Assembly (NCBI GenBank): GCA_018384735.1
Contig: JAHAXB010000016.1
Coordinates: 131,510-195,509 of the forward strand
DNA from: Eubacteriales bacterium
GTDB lineage: Bacteria > Bacillota > Clostridia > Christensenellales > UBA1242
DNA: 64,000 nucleotides
Direction of reading: 5' to 3'
Shown in pieces: positions 1-9,900 of the stretch (position 1 is the first letter of the stretch; every line of letters starts with the position of its first letter). The notes under the pieces are model-generated. The model searched no databases. It saw only the letters and a program-made list of their open reading frames with translations, and was not told the DNA's origin. Made by a program: the position numbers and the translations under genes.

Positions 1-1090
1 TTTCGTAACGCATACTGGCATCACTGCGAATTCCTACCGCTACCGAAGTGCGACGAATGTTTGACGCATCAAAGGTGGCAATTTCAAAAACCGCATTAGC
101 CGTTGTATCGGTAATTTCGCTATTCTTACCCCCCATTACCCCAGCCAACGCCACCGGTTTACCGTTACTCTTGATGAACAACATATCTTTGGTCGCGGTA
201 ATCTCATTATCTTTCAAAGTGGTAAACTGCGTACCTGCTGGAACTGTACCCACGCTAAGTTTATCGACCGCCGCAGCATCAAAAGCGTGTAACGGGTTAC
301 CAAAAGCAAACATCACATAGTTAGTTACGTCAACCAAGAAACCATGGCTGTTGTGACCTAACTTATACAAGCGGTTTTGCATTATATCTGGCGAAACAAT
401 TCCCGCCAAGTTACCAACTTTAATTGCACCATACGATAAGCAACGTTCATCTTCAAGTTTAATATTGAGCGCGGGTAAATTGTCGTAATTATGCACCAAG
501 GTTGTATCAATCGGCTTCAAAGCACGGTCAAAAATTACCGCTAATTCACGCGCCATTCCGTAATGCCCCCATAAGTCCGGACGGTTAGTGATACTCTTGT
601 TATCAATATCGATAATATCATCTTCCAACCCCGGCAAGACTTTGGTAATCGGCGTACCAACTTTGGTTTTCGACGGCAATTCAATAATGCCTTCGTTGTC
701 GTCTTTGTAGCCCAATTCAGCATACGAACAGCACATACCAAAACTTTCGTAACCACGTAATTTAGCCGGCACAATTTTCATACCGTCCGGCATTACCGTG
801 CCCACGGTCGCAACCGCAACTGTTAAGCCAGCACGCGCGTTCGGCGCACCACAAACAATGTGCAAAGGTTCGGCTTGTCCCACATCTACCGTCAACAAAT
901 GCAAATGGTCACTTTGTGGGTGGGCTTCGCAGGTCAAAATTTTACCGACCACTACCGTATCCAAACCGTGGCCGACCGGAATTACCTCTTCCACTTCACA
1001 AGTAATCTGCGTTAATTTTTCCGCGATTTGTTGAGCAGAAATTCCTTTCAAATCAACATAATCTTTTAACCAATCAACTGAAATTTTCAT
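1..1090 (-). CDS. pheT: Phenylalanine--tRNA ligase beta subunit, N-terminal ~363 codons (gene continues past the left edge)
   Basis: Own minus-strand translation from ATG 1088-1090 gives MKISVDWLKDYVDLKGISAQQIAEKLTQITCEVEEVIPVGHG... The same frame at the window edge reads ...ASNIRRTSVAVGIRSDASMRYE, a PheT B5-domain-like segment. ATGA overlap with the pheS stop. Absent from the ORF track because no stop lies inside the window. Confidence 0.85.
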   Translation of the reverse strand, partial: MKISVDWLKDYVDLKGISAQQIAEKLTQITCEVEEVIPVGHGLDTVVVGKILTCEAHPQSDHLHLLTVDVGQAEPLHIVCGAPNARAGLTVAVATVGTVMPDGMKIVPAKLRGYESFGMCCSYAELGYKDDNEGIIELPSKTKVGTPITKVLPGLEDDIIDIDNKSITNRPDLWGHYGMARELAVIFDRALKPIDTTLVHNYDNLPALNIKLEDERCLSYGAIKVGNLAGIVSPDIMQNRLYKLGHNSHGFLVDVTNYVMFAFGNPLHAFDAAAVDKLSVGTVPAGTQFTTLKDNEITATKDMLFIKSNGKPVALAGVMGGKNSEITDTTANAVFEIATFDASNIRRTSVAVGIRSDASMRYE

Positions 1091-2091
1091 CGTTTAATCC
1101 CCCGTAAAAATTCTAAGTTACCCGAGTTTAACAACCTAACATCGTTAATACCGTATTGCATCATCGCCAAGCGGGTTAAACCAAAACCAAAAGCGAAACC
1201 TTGGTATTCTTTTGGGTCCACCCCTGCCATTTGTAATACATTACTGTGAATCATACCGCAGCCACCTAATTCAATCCAGCCGGAATGCTTACAAACTGGG
1301 CAACCTTTACCACCGCAGAACGGACAGCTGGCGTCATATTCAAAGCCCGGCTCCACAAACGGGAAGAAACCTGGGCGCAAACGCACATTGATTTCTTTAC
1401 CGTACACTCCGGAAAGTAAGGTTTTCAAGACATAAATCAAATTTGCAATGGAAATATCTTTCCCCACCATCATGCCTTCGCATTGGAAGAAAGCAAATTC
1501 GTGACTGGCGTCGGTAGCTTCGTTACGGTAGCAACGACCGGGGAAAATCGCCGAAACCACAGGTCCGTATTTTTTCAAAATTTCGTGTTGCATCGCCGAG
1601 GTTTGGGTTTTCAAAACTTTACCGTTGGTTAACCAGAACGTATCCTGCATATCGCGTGCCGGATGATCGGACGGAATATTTACCGCGTCAAAGTTTTCAA
1701 ATTCAGTTACGACTTCGTTACCGTCAACCACCAAGAACCCCATCGAGCGGCAAATATCCACGACACGACGGGTCATCAAAGTAATCGGGTGCAAACTACC
1801 CTGCGGTTGGTTAATTGCCGGCACCGTAATGTCAATCAATGGGTCTTGTTTTAATTTATCGTTGACCGCTTGCGCCCGCAAAGCGGCTTGCTTTTGGAAA
1901 AATTTAATTTCAATTTTACGTTTTAATTCGTTTAAGCGCTTACCTGCTTCGGCGCGTTCTTCCGCCAACATATTTTTCAAATCAGCCATCATCATGGTCA
2001 ATTTTCCGGTTTTGGAAAGGTAATTTTTGTGAAACACAGCCAAATCAGCTTCGTTTTGGCTTTGTTCTAACTCTTTTTCAATGTCGTCCAT
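1087..2091 (-). CDS. pheS: Phenylalanine--tRNA ligase alpha subunit
   Basis: 334-aa ORF with class II aaRS motifs (HPARDMQDTFW, FPGRCYRNE, FFPFVEPGFEYD, GCGMIHSNVL, GFAFGFGLTRLAM). Immediately followed by pheT. Confidence 0.95.
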   Translation of the reverse strand: MDDIEKELEQSQNEADLAVFHKNYLSKTGKLTMMMADLKNMLAEERAEAGKRLNELKRKIEIKFFQKQAALRAQAVNDKLKQDPLIDITVPAINQPQGSLHPITLMTRRVVDICRSMGFLVVDGNEVVTEFENFDAVNIPSDHPARDMQDTFWLTNGKVLKTQTSAMQHEILKKYGPVVSAIFPGRCYRNEATDASHEFAFFQCEGMMVGKDISIANLIYVLKTLLSGVYGKEINVRLRPGFFPFVEPGFEYDASCPFCGGKGCPVCKHSGWIELGGCGMIHSNVLQMAGVDPKEYQGFAFGFGLTRLAMMQYGINDVRLLNSGNLEFLRGIKR

Positions 2092-2098
2092 ATAGGGT

Positions 2099-4273
2099 TT
2101 AGTATGCCATATCTTTAAAATATTGTAAATATTTATTCAAACAGGAGTTGCGGGTCTTGGTATAAGTATTATTGACCATGCGTTGAACATTTTCCTGCTT
2201 TCCAACCAGCACAACCAAGCGTTTTGCCCGTGTTACCGCAGTATACAACAAATTGCGCGTCATAATCATGTAGGCCGCCGTAGCAATCGGAATCACAACC
2301 GCATCAAATTCACAACCTTGACTTTTGTGTACCGTAATTGCGTAAGACAAAGTCAAAGCCGACAACTCCGAGCGCGGATAGATGGTTACACGCCCGTCCT
2401 CTAATTTTACCGTTACTTCACTGGTTAATTTATTGATTTCAATGATTTTACCAATGTCGCCGTTAAAGACGCCTTTGCCCTCTTCATTATTTTTAATCCA
2501 TTCTTGTTTGTAATTATTAACCGTATGCATAACACGGTCGCCCACACGGAAAATTGTTTCGCCGTATACTAATTCGGCTTTATCACTATCGGGCGGGTTA
2601 ATGATGGCTTGCAAGCATTGATTCAAATTATTTACGCCGGCTACGCCTTGTCTTAGCGGTGCCAAAACCTGCACTTTACTATCGTCAGTCCCTAGATATT
2701 GTGGTAATCGTGACGAACATAACCCCAATATCTCGTTTTTTATCTGTTCCGGCGTATCCGCATTGATATAAAAGAAATCCGAACTTTGGTTATCCAAAAA
2801 CGGCATTTCACCGCGGTTAATCCGGTGCGCGTTAATCGCGATTGTCGCCTTATCACCCGTACGGTATACATGGGTTAAACGGATAGTTGGCACAACTCCA
2901 GACTCAATAATATCAGCCAAAACGTTCCCCGCCCCTACCGATGGCAACTGGTCACTGTCACCGATAAAAACCACCTTGGTGCCGTCCAAAACTTTACGCA
3001 ACAACGATGCCATCAATAAGCAGTCACACATTGAAACTTCATCGATAATCACCATATCTTGTGTAATATAACTGTCACGCGGTTCGTGCGAAAACTTCTC
3101 CAAACAGCGGTGAATCGTCATTGCGCTTTGTCCAGTTGTTTCTTCCACCCGTTTGGCCGCCCGTCCCGTAGGCGCCAACATTTGCGTTGTGTACTCGTTC
3201 GCGTTGTTAATGTACAAAATGGCCTTAATTACGGTCGTTTTACCCGTACCCGGGCCACCAGTAATCACAGTCACCCCACCGGTTACCGCTTGGCGAATGG
3301 CTTCTTTTTGCGTTTCGTGGAAAGTTATTCCCTGCAATTCTTGGTAATGTTCAATCAGGTCATCCACATCAGCGGGCTGTTTGGTTTCCTGCATTAAACT
3401 CAACAGTTTTTGCGCAATCGCTTTTTCCGCATTAAAGAAGCGCACCAACTGCAACCCCTGCACACCGTCCATATCCACCGGCACCACAACACGGTCCAAG
3501 CACAACTCCTCGACAATCTTGTTGAAAGTCGGGGTCAAATCTTCCATATTGATCCGTAACAGCCGACAACACTTTTTCAATAAATCCGGCAAAGTCATGT
3601 ACGTGTTGCCATCCGTTTCTGCGCTGATTTTCAAAATATGCACCACGCCAGCGCGCACACGGAACGTCCCGTTGTACGCTACGCCTAATTTTTTCGCCAT
3701 GTTATCCGCCGTAATGAACCCCACCCCATCAATGGTTTCAATTAAAGCGTACGGATTTTTTGCTACGGTCGCAACCGTATCCTTACCGTATTGCTGATAA
3801 ATTTTTAACGACAAATTCAAGGTAATCTCGAAGCGTTGCAACCACATCATCACGGACTGCATTTCGCGCACTTCCAAATACCCCGCGCCGATACTTTGCG
3901 CGCGCGTCGCCGAAATGCCTTTAATCTGCGCCAGTTCTTGCGGCCGACTTTCTAAAATTTCCATAGTTTGCATGCCGAACTGCTTGACAATTTTCCGCGC
4001 CGTAGCCGGACCAACACCGGGGATTAGCCCACCACCCAAAAAAGCCAAAATCTTTTCTTCGTTATCGGGCGGTACCAGTTTAATTTCCTTGAAAGCAAAC
4101 TGCTTACCGTGTTTCGCGTTGTTTTCAAATTCGCCAATAAACTCATATTCAGAGCCGACCGAAATGACAGGCGCAATGCCAACCGCATTCAAATTATTGT
4201 CCAAGCGCAACACATGATACCCGGACTCTTCGTTAGCAAATAAAATCGACGACACTACCCCTTGAATTTTCAA
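2099..4273 (-). CDS. recD2: RecD2-type SF1B ATP-dependent DNA helicase
   Basis: 724 aa with an N-terminal OB-like segment and helix-hairpin-helix region. Walker A GGPGTGKTT, Walker B IIDEVSM, GDSDQLPSVGAGNVL, SH3-like insert, then ITVHKSQGCEFDAVV and LLYTAVTRAKRLVVLVG. The start appears to be TTG (4271-4273). Confidence 0.9.
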   Translation of the reverse strand: MKIQGVVSSILFANEESGYHVLRLDNNLNAVGIAPVISVGSEYEFIGEFENNAKHGKQFAFKEIKLVPPDNEEKILAFLGGGLIPGVGPATARKIVKQFGMQTMEILESRPQELAQIKGISATRAQSIGAGYLEVREMQSVMMWLQRFEITLNLSLKIYQQYGKDTVATVAKNPYALIETIDGVGFITADNMAKKLGVAYNGTFRVRAGVVHILKISAETDGNTYMTLPDLLKKCCRLLRINMEDLTPTFNKIVEELCLDRVVVPVDMDGVQGLQLVRFFNAEKAIAQKLLSLMQETKQPADVDDLIEHYQELQGITFHETQKEAIRQAVTGGVTVITGGPGTGKTTVIKAILYINNANEYTTQMLAPTGRAAKRVEETTGQSAMTIHRCLEKFSHEPRDSYITQDMVIIDEVSMCDCLLMASLLRKVLDGTKVVFIGDSDQLPSVGAGNVLADIIESGVVPTIRLTHVYRTGDKATIAINAHRINRGEMPFLDNQSSDFFYINADTPEQIKNEILGLCSSRLPQYLGTDDSKVQVLAPLRQGVAGVNNLNQCLQAIINPPDSDKAELVYGETIFRVGDRVMHTVNNYKQEWIKNNEEGKGVFNGDIGKIIEINKLTSEVTVKLEDGRVTIYPRSELSALTLSYAITVHKSQGCEFDAVVIPIATAAYMIMTRNLLYTAVTRAKRLVVLVGKQENVQRMVNNTYTKTRNSCLNKYLQYFKDMAY

Positions 4274-4281
4274 AACAATCT

Positions 4282-4310
4282 ATTATATCCGCCAAAGTTG
4301 ACATTGGCAA
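4282..4310 (-). promoter_or_regulatory. Candidate sigma-70 promoter of recD2-pheST (TTGCCA-17-TATAAT, -10 only 8 nt from the TTG start)
   Basis: The complement of 4305-4310 is TTGCCA and the complement of 4282-4287 is TATAAT, with a 17-nt spacer. Confidence 0.5.
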
Positions 4311-4326
4311 TAAAATGCTACATACT
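4298..4326 (+). promoter_or_regulatory. Candidate sigma-70 promoter of lipoprotein gene A (TTGACA-17-CATACT, -10 is 7 nt from ATG 4334)
   Basis: TTGACA at 4298-4303, 17-nt spacer, CATACT at 4321-4326. No Shine-Dalgarno before ATG 4334. Confidence 0.45.
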
Positions 4327-4333
4327 TAATGTA

Positions 4334-5344
4334 ATGGAAAATCAAAACGAAACGCAAAATATCAAAAATTTACGCAACATTATGGATAATTTTTCCCAGC
4401 GTGCAAAAAAAGGTCTTAAAAAGACCGCCCAAGCTGTGGCGCTAACCGGACTGATTGTTACCGGCAGCACGATGGCGCAAAGTTGCACACCGCTGACCAA
4501 TGTTCCAACCGCAATGGAACACGAAGTCGCCGACCAAACTACTCCGTACGATACCCAAATCGGGGTTACGATGGCGACCTACACTTTCCACAATTTCATT
4601 GGTAAAAAACCGGACATTATTTCCGCCACCGCGGAAGACGACCTCGGCCGTTACGTTGACCAAGCCACACCCTATCTACAAAACAAGTTCGACAGCTTTA
4701 CCGCAACATTGGTGGGTCGTCCGTATTTACAACGCTATTTTGCGCGCTTCAACCTTGATTTTTCCCAAGTTCCCACCCATCATCATCGTGAAACCACAAA
4801 CATGGAAAAGTTGGACTACTACACCACACGGATTTCGGACGCCTGCGCACCGGTTTTCGCCGATATGGTTGAATTTTCCGACAACGCGGAACACCGCCAA
4901 GCCCTCATCCTGATTATGCGCACCTTGACCAATGAAGCCCGCAAAGCCTCCACCGCCCAAAACGCGGACTTAACTGCTTACCAAACCGAACGCGCGGTAA
5001 TCGAAGCCCAATGGTCGCAAAACAGTTTCCTGAAATCCGTCGATTTCGACCAAGACATTGACCAAAACAAATGCCGTGGCATCACGCAAAAACTGTACAC
5101 TTTGCATTACGAAATCAACAAAAACATGGAACGCGACACGGTTTTGGCCGACATGAAAGCCACTGACCTGCAAAACATGACCAACTTGTATTTCTTGGGT
5201 GTGGGTTTGGAAGCCGCGCACGACTACACCGCTGATTACACTAAACACGCCCACTGTAACAAAACCATAGCGGTCATCAAAACAATGCAAGACACCGACG
5301 ACCTATTAAAAGCGCGCGCAAACGACACCGAAATGGGCTTGTAA
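4334..5344 (+). CDS. Putative lipoprotein, paralog A (336 aa from ATG 4334)
   Basis: Hydrophobic segment plus lipobox-like AVALTGLIVTGSTMAQSC. Recognisably similar to the next gene: MENQ/MENN N-termini, CAPVFADMVEF vs IAPVFQEIVKQ, and TDLQNMTNL vs TDLKNITSI. The track start at 4262 is a TTG inside the recD2 start region. An alternative start at M17 (4382) is possible. Confidence 0.6.
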   Translation: MENQNETQNIKNLRNIMDNFSQRAKKGLKKTAQAVALTGLIVTGSTMAQSCTPLTNVPTAMEHEVADQTTPYDTQIGVTMATYTFHNFIGKKPDIISATAEDDLGRYVDQATPYLQNKFDSFTATLVGRPYLQRYFARFNLDFSQVPTHHHRETTNMEKLDYYTTRISDACAPVFADMVEFSDNAEHRQALILIMRTLTNEARKASTAQNADLTAYQTERAVIEAQWSQNSFLKSVDFDQDIDQNKCRGITQKLYTLHYEINKNMERDTVLADMKATDLQNMTNLYFLGVGLEAAHDYTADYTKHAHCNKTIAVIKTMQDTDDLLKARANDTEMGL

Positions 5345-5380
5345 GATCAAAAAAGTTTTTCGTTTTTTTTGTTTCAAATA

Positions 5381-5409
5381 TTGACTTATTCTTGCATATA
5401 GATTAAAAT
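5381..5409 (+). promoter_or_regulatory. Candidate sigma-70 promoter of lipoprotein gene B (TTGACT-17-TAAAAT, -10 is 6 nt from ATG 5416)
   Basis: TTGACT at 5381-5386, 17-nt spacer, TAAAAT at 5404-5409. No Shine-Dalgarno. Confidence 0.5.
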
Positions 5410-5415
5410 ATAAGT

Positions 5416-6828
5416 ATGGAAAATAATATCGAAAAATTAAAACAACTTAATGTTGATACCGACGCCCAAAAAGCGTTCAAACCGCAATTTTTACAAGCGG
5501 TCAAACGCTTCGGCAAAGTGGCTTTGGTCAGCAGCATGTTAGCACTTAACATGGCTTGCCAACAACCGACCGGCCCGGAACCAATACCGGCTCCAGGTAT
5601 TGAACAACCCGAAAATCCGGGAAACACCCCAGAGAATCCGGGAAACAATCCAGAGTATCCGGAAAATACCCCAACCAACCCGGGCAACAACCCAACCAAT
5701 CCGGGAAACACCCCAGAGAATCCGGGCAACAACCCCGAAAATCCGGGAAACACCCCAGAGAATCCGGGAAACAACCCAACCAATCCGGAAAACCCGAATG
5801 GCGGTAATGAAGAACAAACCGACCAAGCAGTTCAAAATGTCATTAGTTTGATTGATGCTTTGCCAAACGCCAACGATATTACCGCTGAAAATAAAGCTAC
5901 GGTTCAAACGCAAATTGACGCCATTGAAGCGGCATACGCTGAATTAACTGCTGAACAAAAACAACAGGTAACAAATTACAGCAAAGTTACCGCGGCAAAA
6001 AACAAAATTACCGAAATTGAAAACGGATTAAATCAACAACAAAACCAATTCCCGGAACCGACCACCGCTACTCTGGGCGACTATACCATGTACGATTTTG
6101 TACAAAACAACACCATTCAATTCAGCAGCCCGTTAGAAGAAATGGAGTTATTTTATTTACAAAAAGCCGAAGGTTACATTCAAAACAACCTTAACGCTTT
6201 AAGCGACTCGGCTAAACAAAATACCACGATTAGCAACGCAATTAACTATTACAACCAAAATGCTAAAAAGCACTATCAAGGCACCTACATCGACATCGGC
6301 GCGGCCCACAACAAAACCACAAAAGCAATTGCGCCAGTGTTCCAAGAAATTGTAAAACAACTTGATGAAAAATCGGGTGAAAACACGGGCTTTGAATTTT
6401 GTTATCGTGTTTTAGCCAATGAGGTTTATAGAAATGGACTGGGTGATTGTAAAGATCAAAATAGACCTGAAACAACAAAATACAACAGCGAAAAAGAATA
6501 TCTTTCCGACGAGACTGCAGTAGAATTTTTTGATTATATTGGAATTGACATTAAAAACGTTTATCAAACAAAAAACTTCACAACGATTGTTAATAAATAT
6601 AATGAATATTTAACCAAGGCAGCCAACAAGATTGATGGTGTTACTGTAACGGACTTAAAAAACATTACAAGTATTGCTTTTAACACAAAATCGATGCAAT
6701 CACTTGCTAACCTTGAAATGAATGCCGGTTTGAATGCTACTAAATTAAATGAAAATACTATTGTTGGCATCATCAATAACCCATACCAAACATTAAATTA
6801 TAATCAAAGTCAAGGTCGCGAATACTAA
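5416..6828 (+). CDS. Putative lipoprotein, paralog B, with a Pro/Asn/Gly-rich heptad-repeat linker (470 aa)
   Basis: Hydrophobic segment plus lipobox VALVSSMLALNMAC at residues ~35-48. About 9 copies of NPGN(T/N)PE-like heptads follow the Cys. The C-terminal domain is paralogous to the preceding gene. Confidence 0.7.
   Translation: MENNIEKLKQLNVDTDAQKAFKPQFLQAVKRFGKVALVSSMLALNMACQQPTGPEPIPAPGIEQPENPGNTPENPGNNPEYPENTPTNPGNNPTNPGNTPENPGNNPENPGNTPENPGNNPTNPENPNGGNEEQTDQAVQNVISLIDALPNANDITAENKATVQTQIDAIEAAYAELTAEQKQQVTNYSKVTAAKNKITEIENGLNQQQNQFPEPTTATLGDYTMYDFVQNNTIQFSSPLEEMELFYLQKAEGYIQNNLNALSDSAKQNTTISNAINYYNQNAKKHYQGTYIDIGAAHNKTTKAIAPVFQEIVKQLDEKSGENTGFEFCYRVLANEVYRNGLGDCKDQNRPETTKYNSEKEYLSDETAVEFFDYIGIDIKNVYQTKNFTTIVNKYNEYLTKAANKIDGVTVTDLKNITSIAFNTKSMQSLANLEMNAGLNATKLNENTIVGIINNPYQTLNYNQSQGREY
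5608..5796 (+). repeat. In-frame 21-bp tandem repeat (about 9 units) encoding NPGNTPE/NPGNNPE/NPGNNPT heptads
   Basis: Read directly. The exact 38-nt string gaaaatccgggaaacaccccagagaatccgggaaacaa occurs at 5611-5648 and again at 5737-5774, 126 nt (6 x 21) apart. Confidence 0.9.
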
Positions 6829-6845
6829 TTCTTGCACAGGGTTAT

Positions 6846-6875
6846 AAAAAAGGACGATATTATCGTCCTTTTTTT
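6846..6875 (+). terminator. Rho-independent terminator after lipoprotein gene B
   Basis: A-run, GGACGATA / TATCGTCC inverted repeat (6852-6868), then a T7 run (6869-6875). Confidence 0.8.
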
Positions 6876-6964
6876 GACCGCTTGATTAACTTTTAATAAT
6901 CTACTACTCTATTTGAAATTCATTCCAGGAGTAATTATATGTGTATCATTATCATTGACTAAAC

Positions 6965-6989
6965 AAAAAGGGCGACCACCGCCCTTTTG
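6965..6989 (-). terminator. Rho-independent (bidirectional) terminator after the 20.6-kb gene
   Basis: GGGCG-ACCAC-CGCCC hairpin at 6970-6984. An A5 run lies on the left (a T-run for the minus strand) and TTTTGTGTTT on the right. Sits 9 nt beyond the stop at 6993. Confidence 0.7.
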
Positions 6990-6992
6990 TGT

Positions 6993-9900
6993 TTAAGCAT
7001 CTTGCTTTACCAACCAACCGTAAGCATTACCTGTGTCATATGCCGGCCCTTTCGGGTTATTACCGCCGGTCGGAGACACGGTACCATTGTAGCTATTCCA
7101 GAAGTTACTTTGGAGATAGGTATTGTTAACAACCGTCATGCCGGTGGTCTCCCCTGTATATGCGGCCGACGACGGGTCGGGGTTACAAATCCAGTCAACC
7201 AAACCATTACGCGCCCAGTATTTCATGTAATTATGGTAACCCGCAAAACCATTCGATTCCGAATAACTGGATTTAATGATTTTACATGCGGCTTCAAAGT
7301 AATCATACGGAATATACAATTGTGCATACTCATTATAACCGGCACTACCGTATTTTTCGGTTTCATCCAATATCAAACCATAACGACCAGTACCGTAAGT
7401 CTTAGACCATTTGTCATATTCTTTTTCCGGGTCCGGCGCAAACTTATTATCTCTAATTGCCTTCTTAGGCACATTTGTACGTGTTATCTTACGGATGACA
7501 TAACGTTCGTTGTATTCGAAACGGTCTTTGTACGGACGCTTGTAATCCGCATCCATACCCGGATTAGCAGTACCCGGCCAACCATATTCACCAGCACTAA
7601 CATTAGCTTTTTCAAAGGTCGGGACTTCATTATCAATTTGACCGTCTGCGCCACGGTGTTGTTCACCCGAAGATTTAATTTTCGGGAAAATCGTAGTGCT
7701 GATTTTACGTTTATAAATCGGTGCGGTAATGGCCTGTTGTGCCGCGGTGGTACCAATCTTGTTCAAATATTCCACGTTGTTTTCGTATTTTTCCATACGC
7801 TTCCATACCGCGAAGGCTTCAATGGTCAACCAGCCGTCGGTCGAGGTAATGGTTTCGCCCGTTTCCGCGTCTTCGTAATCACCACGCGCAATTTGATAAG
7901 CTTGACTGTACGCATACACGTTAATCCATTCGCAATAATCACGGAAAGTAATGAACGCGTATTCTTCACCATTAACTATGGTAATCCAGTTCATACGATA
8001 TTCCACCAAATCGTTGGTACGTTTTTCCGGCGTAACATCATTGTATTGGATTTCCACACGGATGCTTTGGGTCAAGACCCATTGGAAATCATGAGCATCA
8101 AACTTGCTCTTACCGTCAATCTTTAATTTTTCGTCCAATTTTTGTTGCATGTAGTAGATATAGTGGTTCAAGCGGAAATATTTGGTTTCTGTTTCACTGA
8201 CTTTATAATTAAAACCAGTTTTTCCATTCTTATCTTGTGACCAGTCAACATATTGAGCGGTACTGGTACCCGCACGCACCAACATCATGTACGCCATGTG
8301 ATCCGAGCTGATTTCCATGGCTTCCGCCAATTCATTTTCAGTTGCAACTTGTTGTAAGAATATTTTTGAATTCTTTTTAGCAAGAAGAGGCAACTTGCCG
8401 AACGGATTATTGAATAAACTAGTTTCCGGCAAACCATCGGTTACCTTGTCAGGATCAATCATATCATATTTCGATGGGTTATTCAACCTGGTAAACAATT
8501 GGTAATCCGCGTAGGTGCTATACCAAACGCCGTCCACGTATTGTGCGCTCTTGACGATTTCGGTATATTCGGCGGTGGTAAATTTGTCGCCGTAGAAGCC
8601 GGATTGTACGGTTTTACCTTCCGAATTTTCGGCCATCGCCGTCCAGTCATCCGCCAAGGTGTAACCCGAACCGCGGGTTGTGTAACTTGATTTTTGCGCG
8701 TAACCGGCGGTCAACGATTTCAACATCGCGTGGGCTTTGATTTGGTCGAATTCTTCCGCGGTGAAACCTTGTGCGCGCCACCACAATGCCTCTTCCAAGT
8801 AGTCAGATTTGTTTTCGGTGGCTTCAGTTTCCGTGCTGGTCATCGTGCGGGCGCCCGCCACAATTTGACGCACAATCTTATAGAAGCCGTCATACGTATC
8901 GACCGTGTTTACGGTGTTGCTGTTCACGATGCTAATTTCCTTGGTCGTATAGAAATCCGGCACCGCGTAGTAACCGTACAAGGTGTAATCCGCCGAAATG
9001 CTCGGAGCGCTTGCATAGGTCGTTACTTGACCGTTCGCGTCGGTCGAACTCCAGAACACGTATTCGTTAATGGCGGCCGCCTTGGTAATCGGGAAAGCTT
9101 CCAATTGGTAAAGCGCGAGGATATCTTTACCCGCTTCGAACGAGTCGGACGAACCACCGGAAGCGATATTCGCGGTACCAAACATTTTGTTTTCGTCGAC
9201 ATCAACGTACAGCGCCGCACCTTCGTTGCTGTTAGCGCGCAAATCGATGGTCACACTGGTGCCCGTCATATACATTTTGTAAATTGCGCCGTCGCCGTTT
9301 TCGAAATCAGGAGCGAAGTTGACATTTTGTTCGTTAATTTCTTGCACGCCACCACGCAATTGGTAAACACCGGCCGGTTCGCCACCATCCATTTTGCCGT
9401 TCGCATTTTTATCAGAGTACCAATAACCATTGTCTGTCATTTCTTGCGTATTAGCATCGGTATAAATAGCACGGATGGCGCCTTTTTCGGTCAAGTTCAA
9501 GATTTGACCTTCGGTGGTTGCCGCCAAGGCGTAATTCATGTCGTAACCGCCTTCGTCTTTGACGTAATGCACTTTGCCGAAGTCTTTTTGGGCTTGGCTC
9601 CAGTTATATTGAGTACCACGCAAATCAAAGATGTAGTCTTCCGCTGTCGCGTATTTCGTATCGTTACCAACTTTCGCATTCAACAATTCCCACAAACTTC
9701 CGCCCAAGTTGACCATCTCTTTGTATTTTTGCAAAGTCAAACCTTTGGCCGCGCGAGCATTCGCAAATTCAGTGCGCGCGTCCCAACTGTAAGTTTCGCC
9801 GTAACGAATGACGCCATCATCATCCAAACGGAGGCTGCTGCCACCAACGGCGCTCATCCAGTTATTGGATTTTTCTTCTGCGGTATTTCCGTCAACCCAA

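Noticed and set aside
5608-5796. Possible CRISPR array or non-coding satellite.
   Set aside because: The repeats are contiguous with no spacers, have 21-nt periodicity, and are in frame within a lipoprotein ORF. No cas genes are present in the window.
5403-5913. Minus-strand ORFs with GFSGVFPGFSG-type repeats, and a plus-strand alternative-frame ORF at 5600-5851.
   Set aside because: They are reading-frame echoes of the 21-bp tandem repeat within lipoprotein gene B. The plus-strand frame with the lipobox and promoter is the coherent one.
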